Source: a virus (lineage: Duplodnaviria > Caudoviricetes). From it: 34,370 nucleotides of DNA. Positions 16,298 to 25,630 of the stretch are shown one piece after another. The position numbers and the translations under genes are program-made. The notes under the pieces are model-generated. The model was not told the origin of the DNA and made no database searches. It worked only from the letters and a program-made list of their open reading frames with translations. Location of the stretch: the IMG/VR virus record IMGVR_UViG_3300028128_000191, positions 1-34,370 of that record. One strand, given 5' to 3'. Positions within the stretch are counted from its first letter, which is position 1. Each line of letters begins with the position of its first letter.

Positions 16298-18358
16298 ATG
16301 GCGTCTCCAACAATTGAAAAATTGCTCAAAACAAAGAGCAAAAACATAGAAAATTTTAAAAAACTAAACTGGACGGGAAGTTTTGATGATTATTTAAAAA
16401 TTGTGTATGATAATCCTAAGACGCCTAGGAATTCATACCAACGATTATACGACATGGTGATGAGCCATGGAGTGAGCAAGTTCACATATTGTAAGAGAGA
16501 GTACACAACATACAATTTTTTCTCTACGGGTGATGACATCGCTATATTCGGTTTGGAAGAGCAATTGATGGAATTTGTTGATGTGCTCAAATCTGCAGCC
16601 AAAGGATATGGTCCAGAGAGAAGAATAATATTACTGCACGGTCCGGTTGGGTCAGCCAAATCTACAATTGTTACACAACTGAAAAAAGGATTAGAAAAAT
16701 ATAGTGAAACGGAAGAGGGTGCACTATACTCATTCTCATGGTTGATTCCCAGAGATGATAATCCAGAGATGATGGAAGTCATCGATTGCCCGATGAACGA
16801 AGAGCCGTTGAAATTGTTACCAATTGAGGTGCGTCAAAAAGTGATTGATGATTTAAACAAGCAATTACCTGCTGATGAATATAAAATAAAAATAGACGGT
16901 AACCTGTCACCACTATCTGAATTCTATCAAAAGAAACTACTGGACATTTACGACGGTGATTATCTTAAAATGCTTGAACATGTCCAAGTCCGGAGAGTTA
17001 CATTATCGGAAAAAAATCGCGTTGGTATAGGCACATTTCAACCCAAGGATGAAAAGAGCCAAGACGCAACAGAATTGACCGGGGATATAAACTATCGTAA
17101 GCTTGCAGCGTATGGTAGCGAGAGTGATCCAAGAGCATTTGACTTTAATGGTGAATTTTTAATTTCAAACCGTGGCATGATTGAGTTTCAGGAAGTGTTG
17201 AAATTACAAACAGAGTTTTTATATGACCTGTTGGGAGCAACACAAGAGCATCGAGTTAAACCGAAGCGATTCAATCAAGTACCAATTGATGAAGTTATCA
17301 TAGGTCACACTAACAATGCAGAGTTTGAAAAGTTAAAAAATAACAAGTTCATGGAAGCACTCCGCGACAGAACCATCAAGATAGACATACCATATTTGAT
17401 CCGGATCAACGAGGAGCGTAAAGTGTATGATCACTTTTACAACAAAAACACAGTACACAAACACATTGCTCCACACACAACAGAAATCGCAGCAATGTTC
17501 GCAGTTGTTTCACGACTAGAAGAACCCAGCAAAGGAGACATGACGATCATACAAAAAGCCAAACTATACAACGGTCAGAGTGTGCATGGTTTTACTGATG
17601 AGCATATAAAAGAGATGATGGAAGAAGCACCAAATGAAGGACTGTTACAAGGAGTCAGTGCAAGGTTTATTCAGAATCAATTTAGTAATGCCATAGTCAA
17701 CCCTAGAATGGGTACCAAAAGCCTGAACCCCTTCATGTTGTTCGCACAGTTTAGAGAAGGATTGAAAAACTTTACTGGTTTCAAAAACGAAGAGACGCGC
17801 GCGGAATTGTTTGAGAGATTGGAACTTGTGGAAAAAGAATATGATCGTATTGTCAAGAGAGAGGTACAACAAGCATTGAGCAGCAGCGAGGAAGCGATCA
17901 AAGCATTGTGTGCTAATTATATTGATAACATTGTTGCATATATCAATGATGAAAAGGTGGTCAATCCAATCACAAACAAAGAAGAAGAAGCTAATGAGAA
18001 GCTCATGAGAAGCATCGAGGAAAAAATAGGAATAGCAGTAGCGATGAAAGATGATTTTCGAAGAGAGATAATGAACTACATGGGTAGTATGGCAGCCAAA
18101 GGCAAAACATTTGAATATGACAGCAATGAACAGCTATACAAAGCGTTAGAGAAAAAATTGTTTGAGGATACTAAGGATAGTATCAAGCTCAGTGCACTTG
18201 CACAAGACACTGCAACAGTTGTCGACAAGGAATTACTAGACAAGATAAACTCACTCAAAAAACGCTTGGTAACAGACTTTGGATATGATGAAGACAGTGC
18301 ACAAGATGTACTAACATATGTTGGTAGTATATTCGCAAGAGGTGACAGTACAGACTAG
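16298..18358 (+). CDS. prkA: PrkA/YeaG-family AAA+ ATPase (annotated serine protein kinase)
   Basis: LLHGPVGSAKST Walker A, CPMNEEPL, GIGTFQPKDEKSQD, SDPRAF, NRGMIEFQE, HTN, EALRDR, HIAPHT. Confidence 0.95.
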   Translation: MASPTIEKLLKTKSKNIENFKKLNWTGSFDDYLKIVYDNPKTPRNSYQRLYDMVMSHGVSKFTYCKREYTTYNFFSTGDDIAIFGLEEQLMEFVDVLKSAAKGYGPERRIILLHGPVGSAKSTIVTQLKKGLEKYSETEEGALYSFSWLIPRDDNPEMMEVIDCPMNEEPLKLLPIEVRQKVIDDLNKQLPADEYKIKIDGNLSPLSEFYQKKLLDIYDGDYLKMLEHVQVRRVTLSEKNRVGIGTFQPKDEKSQDATELTGDINYRKLAAYGSESDPRAFDFNGEFLISNRGMIEFQEVLKLQTEFLYDLLGATQEHRVKPKRFNQVPIDEVIIGHTNNAEFEKLKNNKFMEALRDRTIKIDIPYLIRINEERKVYDHFYNKNTVHKHIAPHTTEIAAMFAVVSRLEEPSKGDMTIIQKAKLYNGQSVHGFTDEHIKEMMEEAPNEGLLQGVSARFIQNQFSNAIVNPRMGTKSLNPFMLFAQFREGLKNFTGFKNEETRAELFERLELVEKEYDRIVKREVQQALSSSEEAIKALCANYIDNIVAYINDEKVVNPITNKEEEANEKLMRSIEEKIGIAVAMKDDFRREIMNYMGSMAAKGKTFEYDSNEQLYKALEKKLFEDTKDSIKLSALAQDTATVVDKELLDKINSLKKRLVTDFGYDEDSAQDVLTYVGSIFARGDSTD

Positions 18359-18363
18359 TAATC

Positions 18364-19488
18364 ATGGCCGGTAGGCGCATAAGGGAAGACCATAAACGTT
18401 ATCATGACATAGTGCGTGATAAAGTAAAGAGTAAGCTCAAAGACCATATCAAGTCCGGTAAAAAGCTAACACGCCGCGGTAAGGATTTTGTTGTGGTGGA
18501 TATACCGGTTATCGATCTACCAAAATTTAGATTTGGTGACCCATATCAAGACGGTGTGGGTGTTGGACCTGGCGACAAAGGCGACAAGGTTAAAGATGGT
18601 CCTGCACCTGGCTCTGAACCCGGGCAAGTAGGAGAAAACACAGGAGAGCATACAATGGGTGTGGGTGTTTCAGTTGATGATTATGTAGATATATTGGGTG
18701 AAGAGTTGGAGTTACCTAAGCTTGATACAAAACATAAAGGTGAAATTGTACAACCGAAACTAAAATACGATAAAATATCAAAGGTGGGTAACCCTTCGCT
18801 GGTGCACAAGAAGAGAACATTTAAAAATGTAATCAAACGATCTATCGCCAGTCACAATTACAATCCAGATGACATATCTGATTTGTATCCCTTGCCGGAT
18901 GATTTTGAATATAAAAGTTGGTCAGAGAAAGACTCACCTGATGTGAATGCGGTAATATTTTTCATGCAAGACATAAGTGCCAGTATGGGTCCAGACAAGC
19001 GAGAATTAATACGTGATTTGTGTTGGTATTTAGAGTGTTGGATTAAAAAGCATTACAAGCAAACAGATATAAAATATCTAGTGCATGATGTTGAAGCTTT
19101 TGAAGTTGACAGTGAAAAGTTTTACTCATACACTAGTGGTGGTGGAACAAAAATAAGCTCAGTGTTTGACCTGGCTGATCGCGTGATAGACAACAGTTAC
19201 CCGGTGGATGAATGGAACATATATTGTTTTTATTTGTCTGATGGAGAGAATTGGCGAGATGATAATGATTTGTGTATAAAATACCTGCAACGATTGCAGC
19301 AAGTTTGTAACATTATTGGCATAACTGAAGTGAAGGGTATAAGAGATTGGGCAGAATTTGTGATAAGTGTTGATGAAGCGATAGACACAAATGATTTGGA
19401 TGGTGAAACTGTGATCACTGGCAGTGTAAATGAACATAAAGACATACTATCCACATTGAAATTATTTTTAACAGTAGGAGCAGAATGA
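18364..19488 (+). CDS. yeaH: YeaH/YhbH (DUF444) vWA-domain protein
   Basis: Gly-rich linker, LGEELELP, MQDISASM (MIDAS DxSxS), SGGGT, LSDGENW; directly after prkA. Confidence 0.92.
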   Translation: MAGRRIREDHKRYHDIVRDKVKSKLKDHIKSGKKLTRRGKDFVVVDIPVIDLPKFRFGDPYQDGVGVGPGDKGDKVKDGPAPGSEPGQVGENTGEHTMGVGVSVDDYVDILGEELELPKLDTKHKGEIVQPKLKYDKISKVGNPSLVHKKRTFKNVIKRSIASHNYNPDDISDLYPLPDDFEYKSWSEKDSPDVNAVIFFMQDISASMGPDKRELIRDLCWYLECWIKKHYKQTDIKYLVHDVEAFEVDSEKFYSYTSGGGTKISSVFDLADRVIDNSYPVDEWNIYCFYLSDGENWRDDNDLCIKYLQRLQQVCNIIGITEVKGIRDWAEFVISVDEAIDTNDLDGETVITGSVNEHKDILSTLKLFLTVGAE

Positions 19489-21146
19489 GTATAGCATGGG
19501 AGAGTAACTTATTATCATCTGGAGTGTGTAAAGAACTTGCAGAACGCATACCAGAAATAATACAAGCGTGTAAAGATCAAGGTTTGGATCCATATGACCT
19601 GGCGATAGAAGAGTACAACGCAGATGAAATTGCAGAGATAGCTGCGTATGGTGGCTTTCCTGTAAGGTACCCACATTTTTCTTTTGGTCAATCGTATGAA
19701 TCGCTACACCATCAATATCATACTGGTCAAGGTAAGATTTATGAGATGGTGGTCAACAATGACCCGACATACATGTATCTACAGAGAAACAACCCGATGG
19801 TTGACAACTTGACCGTTGTTGCACACGCGTTGGCACACAGTGACTTTTTTAAGAACAACATAATGTTCAAACATACCAACAGAAACATGATGAATGTGTT
19901 TGCCAATCATGGTCAGAAGATACGAAAGTATATTGATTTGTATGGTTATAACACGGTGATGGATTTTGTTGATGCATGTTTGAGTGTTGATGATTTGATC
20001 GACCCGTCAAGCGAGTGGAAAACAAACAAACTCAACAAACCATCCAAGGTTGAATTTGACGAGTTGCCCAAGGTAGAAACAATAGATCGTATAGAGACAA
20101 CAGACTATATGGACAAGTTTATCAACACGGAGCAAGATAAAGAGAACCAAAGGAAACATAACAAGCTCGTGGAGAAACATGCAAAGAAAACCTTTCCTGT
20201 GAAACCACAACGTGATGTGTTGTTGTGGGTGTTGAAATATGTTCCTATGGAGCAGTGGAAACAAAACGTGTTGAGCATGATACGCGATGAGGCGATATAT
20301 TATCAACCACAGATCGTGACTAAAGTTATGAATGAAGGGTGGGCCAGTTATTGGGACAGTTACATGATGGCCACATGTGGATTTGCTGGCGATGAAGGCA
20401 TCTTCAATTATGCAAAACATCACGCGGGTGTGTTGGGTGGAAAACATAACATGGGCAACCCATACAAATTAGGTGTGACGTTGTTCAATGACATCAAGGA
20501 GCGATGGGACAAAGGCCAGCATGGTAAAGAATGGGAAGAATGTGAAGTGGCTGACAAGAAACGCAGATGGAACAACAAACAAAATCGCGGAACAGAAAAG
20601 ATATTTGAAGTTAGAGAGTTGTACAATGACTACACATTCATAAATGAATTTTTCACTCGTGACTTTTGCGAGAAACATGAATTTTTTGAGTACAAGCTAG
20701 ACAGAGACAAAAACGAGTATGTTATAGAATCAAGAGATTATGACAAGATCAAAGCCAAGCTGTTAAAAAAATACGAGAATGGTGGTCGGCCAGTCATAAC
20801 ATTGGAGAATTTGAAGTATAAAACAAGTGAGGTGTTGCTGAGACATCAATTTGATGGCATGCCACTCGACACAGAGTACGCTAAACAAACACTCAAGATG
20901 CTATACAAAATTATCGGACGTCCAATCAATATCAAAACAATAGATGTAGAGGTATTACAATCAACATCCTACTCGACACGTTCATCTACTCAGATGTATT
21001 TCGGTTTCAGCAAAGTTACTCAACCGGCAGTTGATGAGATAAGCAAGACTCCAATAATAATGCGTTATGATGGTGTGAGACACACACGAATAAAAGACGA
21101 GAAGTCTGCTAGACAAGCAGCTACAGACGAGCTATTCGATATTTAA
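19485..21146 (+). CDS. spoVR: SpoVR/YcgB-family protein
   Basis: GGFPVRYPHFSFG, IYEMVVNNDP, AHALAHSDFFKNN, TKVMNEGWASYW, NPYKLG. Confidence 0.95.
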   Translation: MSIAWESNLLSSGVCKELAERIPEIIQACKDQGLDPYDLAIEEYNADEIAEIAAYGGFPVRYPHFSFGQSYESLHHQYHTGQGKIYEMVVNNDPTYMYLQRNNPMVDNLTVVAHALAHSDFFKNNIMFKHTNRNMMNVFANHGQKIRKYIDLYGYNTVMDFVDACLSVDDLIDPSSEWKTNKLNKPSKVEFDELPKVETIDRIETTDYMDKFINTEQDKENQRKHNKLVEKHAKKTFPVKPQRDVLLWVLKYVPMEQWKQNVLSMIRDEAIYYQPQIVTKVMNEGWASYWDSYMMATCGFAGDEGIFNYAKHHAGVLGGKHNMGNPYKLGVTLFNDIKERWDKGQHGKEWEECEVADKKRRWNNKQNRGTEKIFEVRELYNDYTFINEFFTRDFCEKHEFFEYKLDRDKNEYVIESRDYDKIKAKLLKKYENGGRPVITLENLKYKTSEVLLRHQFDGMPLDTEYAKQTLKMLYKIIGRPINIKTIDVEVLQSTSYSTRSSTQMYFGFSKVTQPAVDEISKTPIIMRYDGVRHTRIKDEKSARQAATDELFDI

Positions 21147-21625
21147 GCTCCGGAATCTTCTGCAGGTTGTCTCAAATCAAGTTGAGCTTGTGCAGCATCA
21201 ACCTTCTTCTGTAGCATGGCTACATATTCACTCAATCTACCCTCGTAACCCAACCTGGTCAACTCTTCTTCTGGTGGAGGATTGGCAATCAGTGAAATTA
21301 GATCCCTGACATCTGCATCCAGCTCTTGAGCTGCGAAGCCATCGTCTGGTTGTTCACCAGGATTTGGTAACTCTTCATCACTGCTGGGTCGATCTGCATT
21401 AGCCAACTCGGTAGAAGTGATTGGATCAATAGCTTCATCAGCTTTGGTCTTGTCTTTTGGAGTGTATACAGTCTCTCCTGTCTTGGTGTTCTTTACACTA
21501 CCATCACTTTGACGTTCTTCATCTGGTCCGAGTGCAGGAGCGTCGTTGTCATGTGTTGTTTCTGTGACAGATTGATACGCTTCAGACAATAAATCCTTTT
21601 CTTTCTTCCATGTTTTACTATGCAT
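21143..21625 (-). CDS. Acidic hypothetical late protein
   Basis: 160-aa ORF, 5 nt from TAAATA (21631-21636). Confidence 0.7.
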   Translation of the reverse strand: MHSKTWKKEKDLLSEAYQSVTETTHDNDAPALGPDEERQSDGSVKNTKTGETVYTPKDKTKADEAIDPITSTELANADRPSSDEELPNPGEQPDDGFAAQELDADVRDLISLIANPPPEEELTRLGYEGRLSEYVAMLQKKVDAAQAQLDLRQPAEDSGA

Positions 21626-21642
21626 AGAAGTATTTATTCAGA

Positions 21643-21822
21643 TTAATCGCTATTTTTAGCCTCTTGAATCTCTTTCCGGCGGTCTTTACAGAGTTTGGTT
21701 ATCTCCATCAACGCTTTTCTTGCACGAGTACCGGCGGCTTTATTACCTTTGTCAGAAAACTTTTCATTTTCATCAACATACTGTTCTACTAGTTCAACAA
21801 TCTTACTATGTGTTTCGCTCAT
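21643..21822 (-). CDS. Histone H1-like (Hc1-type) small DNA-binding protein
   Basis: KGNKAAGTRARKAL...RKEIQ motif. Start moved to ATG 21822, 5 nt from TATAAATA. Confidence 0.8.
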   Translation of the reverse strand: MSETHSKIVELVEQYVDENEKFSDKGNKAAGTRARKALMEITKLCKDRRKEIQEAKNSD

Positions 21823-21827
21823 ACGTT

Positions 21828-21870
21828 TATTTATAGGTGATCTACATAATATCAACTTAATATATAAATA
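21828..21870. promoter_or_regulatory. Back-to-back divergent late promoters TATAAATA (- at 21828-21835, + at 21863-21870)
   Basis: Each perfect T4 consensus lies 5 nt before an ATG (21822 and 21876). Confidence 0.8.
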
Positions 21871-21875
21871 TATAC

Positions 21876-22277
21876 ATGGCAGGAACAGATAAATCATACT
21901 GGAGACACAAGAATCCACCAGCTCCGACAGTTAAAACCGCGATAAACTCACAAGGAAAGAGCGAAACTTACAATGAACATGAGCAGTTTCAGTACAATCA
22001 TACACCTGGTACACACGTGATAGGAGTGTCTAGCACGGTGGTACCCACATTATGTGGTACAAGGGTGTTGGAATTATCGGGAGTGTGTTTGTCCAACCCA
22101 GGAATGGATCTAGAATACTACCAACACGAGCAATATCGCACCGGATCTAAGACAGTATCATCAGCAAACACATATTTGACTGATAGTCCCGAGCTATCCT
22201 CTGCTGATTTCACAGTATACCTTGATGGTACTCCCGGATTTCAGGTGAATCACCCGTATGAATCTGATAAATTTTAA
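21876..22277 (+). CDS. Hypothetical late protein
   Basis: 133-aa ORF behind TATAAATA. Confidence 0.7.
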   Translation: MAGTDKSYWRHKNPPAPTVKTAINSQGKSETYNEHEQFQYNHTPGTHVIGVSSTVVPTLCGTRVLELSGVCLSNPGMDLEYYQHEQYRTGSKTVSSANTYLTDSPELSSADFTVYLDGTPGFQVNHPYESDKF

Positions 22278-22290
22278 TAAATAAACACAT

Positions 22291-22542
22291 ATGAACCCAT
22301 CACACAAAAAAGATATCAATTTTTTCGAACAAGCTTACAAAGAGATCTGCGAAAAACAAATGAAAAAGGCTTCACCTGTAAAAAAGGCGATCACAACAGT
22401 ACAAAATGTTGGTGACTTGGAAAAAGACGCGAAGGAAACTGGTGGTGAAGTGGACAAAGACGCGTTGAACATGAAGAAATCAGCGGAAAAGGTGATCAAA
22501 AACACAAGCAAAGAGCTCAAACAAGCTGCAAATCAACAATAG
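22291..22542 (+). CDS. Small Lys-rich hypothetical late protein
   Basis: 83-aa ORF, TAAATA at 22278-22283. Confidence 0.65.
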   Translation: MNPSHKKDINFFEQAYKEICEKQMKKASPVKKAITTVQNVGDLEKDAKETGGEVDKDALNMKKSAEKVIKNTSKELKQAANQQ

Positions 22543-22543
22543 T

Positions 22544-23872
22544 CTATCTGCTGAACTTCAAACTGCCTAGAATTTGATTCACTGGAGCAAATATACCAGT
22601 GAATTTGTAAATTCTTGGCTCTGTCTCGCCTTCAGGTGTGTATGTGAAGGTTAAGCCTTCGGTTGGTACGATATTATCCAACCCTCCCAGCTTGTTTATC
22701 ATCTTAAGTTCGTGTTGCAGTTTGTCCATCAACGATAAATCTCCAGTCGCTTCAATCTCTCTAGTTACTTCCTCAATACCTTGGCGTATCTCTTGGACCG
22801 CTTGTGATGGATTGAGTGTGAGTAAATTGGATATGTTTTTGTTCAGCTCAACACCAAGTTTTAGGAACAATGCCTTGAGCGGTTCAATCATGTTGTTGTA
22901 GTGAATTTTGAGCTCACCACTACGTTCAGTTGCTCCAACCCATTGTATGAATTCTTTGTTGTCTATGACAGTTTTTAAATCTGGTAACCTGCTCAATGCT
23001 AATGAGTTGTAGTCGTTGGGTCGTTTGCCTGGTGTGAGCATTTTAAAAGCCCATCGATATGCAATTTTTCTCAATGTGTCTGGTTGTATGTTGTAACCAA
23101 ACTCGGCAGCACCGTTACGTATCACGTTGCTCATGTAACTGACCCAGTAATCACCAATGTTGTTACCGTCATCCAGCCCGTGCTTGTTCTTGAGATCGTT
23201 AAGAATACCGAGATATTCACCTGTTTCAGCTTCAAAATTTTTCACTTCCGGAAGCTTCATCAATGGCATGCTGGTTATTGTGTATTTGTCCTGTACATGT
23301 TGATTGATTTGCTTGATCATACCAGCCATCATGCGACCATATTCGTCAAAATCACCATCTAATGTGTTACCATCCTCATCATACTCCCGGAAGTTGTGCA
23401 GCACGATCAATTCATGGTTGTATGGAATCACATTCACAGTTGCTGGCCAGATTATCTCAATGTTGATCCATCTTTTACCGTCTGCAAACAACAATTGCTT
23501 TTGTCTGTCACTCAAAGCCAAGATGGCTTTCTCTAGATCCTTGGCTGCAAATGTGAACGCTTCTTTCACGTTGTCATTCGGATGTTCTCCAAAAAATTCT
23601 GCAATGCCTTTGGCACCTCGGATGGCATTTTTACCAAACGCTTTGTAGTGTCCTTTGTTTCGTGCGAATATCACGCGACCAGCACGATGACTCACAGCCA
23701 ATGCTTGTCCATCAGTCTTCTCTTTGACTTCTCCTTTGATTCCACCGGTCAACGCTTGTTTTATTATGCGTTGCAGGTCTTCAAACTGCAAAGTGTAATC
23801 TTCATGCACGTTCATCATGTGACCGTATGCACCACCTTCCTCTATTACTCTGTTATATGCTTTGAAATTCAT
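22544..23872 (-). CDS. KxDG ligase-like nucleotidyltransferase (phage DUF6267-like)
   Basis: EKTDG (motif I), ARNK, NIEII, PTEGLTF (motif IV-like), IYKF (motif V-like). Confidence 0.6.
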   Translation of the reverse strand: MNFKAYNRVIEEGGAYGHMMNVHEDYTLQFEDLQRIIKQALTGGIKGEVKEKTDGQALAVSHRAGRVIFARNKGHYKAFGKNAIRGAKGIAEFFGEHPNDNVKEAFTFAAKDLEKAILALSDRQKQLLFADGKRWINIEIIWPATVNVIPYNHELIVLHNFREYDEDGNTLDGDFDEYGRMMAGMIKQINQHVQDKYTITSMPLMKLPEVKNFEAETGEYLGILNDLKNKHGLDDGNNIGDYWVSYMSNVIRNGAAEFGYNIQPDTLRKIAYRWAFKMLTPGKRPNDYNSLALSRLPDLKTVIDNKEFIQWVGATERSGELKIHYNNMIEPLKALFLKLGVELNKNISNLLTLNPSQAVQEIRQGIEEVTREIEATGDLSLMDKLQHELKMINKLGGLDNIVPTEGLTFTYTPEGETEPRIYKFTGIFAPVNQILGSLKFSR

Positions 23873-25293
23873 TGTTGAGTTTTTTTCGTCGATTGTTTCA
23901 GTGCGTTAGCTTGGGATATACGATTTCTGTCAGAACTGTATGTAGAAAACCCAGCTAAACCATCGATGTTAGTGTTACTGCCTTTGTATCCAATATAAAC
24001 ACCTTCACCATCTAGAGCTTTACGATTACCACCACCTCCGTCAGTGTAACGACCTCCTCTATCCATATGTAACGGCCCATCACCTTTCATTTGATTGTAT
24101 ATACCTCTCAATGTCGAACAATCGACAAAAGCTGCTTGTCTAAATGAATCAGCATCCATTGCTGCCGGGATTTTAGTAGTAGCATTCTTACCTGACTGTT
24201 TAACAAGCAATAAATATTTAAAATGTTCACCTCTGTTGGAGTAGCCAAGTAACATGCACGCAAGTGATGCATAATGTCTAATAACCCGGCACTCTTCTGG
24301 TGTTCGGTTTTTTTCTTCTACGGCTAATAATTTTGCTAATTCACTCGCATTGTCCTTAAACCAATTATGTTTTCCCATATGAGCATCTGCTTGTTTGAGA
24401 GCTTGAATAAATTGTGGTATGGTTAGAAGTTCAGCTGTTTCATTAACTGGTTCGAAACCGATTATTTTTTCTTTACCTTTAACAGTTTTTGTGACAGGTG
24501 TAACCATCACTTCTAACCCGTCATCACCTATTACTTTGTAGTCTTGTCCACTAGCGACGTGTTCTGGATCAACATCCACACTACCCATGATTGCAGCCTC
24601 GATCGCAATGTTAGCATTTCTGAATCCTCCACCTCTACCGGAAATCGCTCTTCCTCGGCCAGTTTTGACTTCTACTTGTACTGAATTTTTCTCTGGACCT
24701 AATCGAATACCATCAGAAGGTTCACCGGACATGAACTCTACATCACCAACTTGTCCTTTTGTGCATGATGTGAGCAGTGTTATAATTAATTCACCTCTAC
24801 CAACTGCAACGGTTGACTCTGCAAACGCCGCGGCAAACAATGTTGTGTAAACATTCTCAACATATTGTACATCCACAAATTTTTTTAATTGATTTTCTAA
24901 AATTTCTCTTATATCAATCAAACCCCGCTCAACTGGTAGAGATGTACTATTTTTCTCTTTGCTGCTAACAAAGCGCCATAGAGCTTGCCAATCAATATAA
25001 CCATCGACCGCACTTTTAACAAGAGCGGTCACTTGTCCACCGAGATTTGAATAACCAGCACTTTCCACCCAGTCCTCAATCAGCTCCTTTATCGCGTTGT
25101 CTTGTTGAGGTGTTCTGCGTTGTCCAAAATTAGGTGTTTGTTCATCTGTACCAGGTACAATCCCCGGTACTGGTTGTGTATCATTGATACCCCACATCTC
25201 GTTATACAATTGAGTTATACCGAGAGGGGCATTATATTCATCACCACGACGAACATTCTCGTACAGATTTCTCAGATCATGGTCACTCATCAC
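23869..25293 (-). CDS. Hypothetical protein with PD-(D/E)xK nuclease-like core
   Basis: GRGE...GDV...VEVK motif; start is GTG 25293 or ATG 25290. Confidence 0.55.
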   Translation of the reverse strand: MMSDHDLRNLYENVRRGDEYNAPLGITQLYNEMWGINDTQPVPGIVPGTDEQTPNFGQRRTPQQDNAIKELIEDWVESAGYSNLGGQVTALVKSAVDGYIDWQALWRFVSSKEKNSTSLPVERGLIDIREILENQLKKFVDVQYVENVYTTLFAAAFAESTVAVGRGELIITLLTSCTKGQVGDVEFMSGEPSDGIRLGPEKNSVQVEVKTGRGRAISGRGGGFRNANIAIEAAIMGSVDVDPEHVASGQDYKVIGDDGLEVMVTPVTKTVKGKEKIIGFEPVNETAELLTIPQFIQALKQADAHMGKHNWFKDNASELAKLLAVEEKNRTPEECRVIRHYASLACMLLGYSNRGEHFKYLLLVKQSGKNATTKIPAAMDADSFRQAAFVDCSTLRGIYNQMKGDGPLHMDRGGRYTDGGGGNRKALDGEGVYIGYKGSNTNIDGLAGFSTYSSDRNRISQANALKQSTKKTQQ

Positions 25294-25622
25294 AAATCAG
25301 GATGTGGATAGTTGTTGCGAACAATTCTGCTCACCAACTCTTGCATCTCTTCTAAATTTTCTGTGTCAACTATCTTGGTCAACCGAGCATAATCGACGTC
25401 ATCGATATGTTTGGGTGCCATGATCAACGCTTTTCTGATCATCTCAACATAATCCACCTTGAGCTTTGATGTATCATCCTCTCCTGGTAGCTCACTCTCG
25501 GGTTCTTCTGGTACAGGTGCTTCTGGAACCTCAGGAGCATCTGCTTCACCACCTGGTGGTTCCTCATCCTCTTCTCTCAACAATTTGTATTGACGATCAA
25601 TTCTAGATAAAAATTTGTCCAT
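25290..25622 (-). CDS. Pro/Glu-rich hypothetical late protein
   Basis: TAAATA at 25628-25633, 5 nt from ATG; acidic low-complexity linker. Confidence 0.7.
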   Translation of the reverse strand: MDKFLSRIDRQYKLLREEDEEPPGGEADAPEVPEAPVPEEPESELPGEDDTSKLKVDYVEMIRKALIMAPKHIDDVDYARLTKIVDTENLEEMQELVSRIVRNNYPHPDL

Positions 25623-25630
25623 AATATTAT

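Noticed and set aside
13273-21146. Sporulation-manipulating module (PrkA, YhbH, SpoVR, DUF1360-like names)
   Set aside because: These families are widespread in non-sporulating bacteria and nothing here indicates a Bacillota host; the names alone are not evidence
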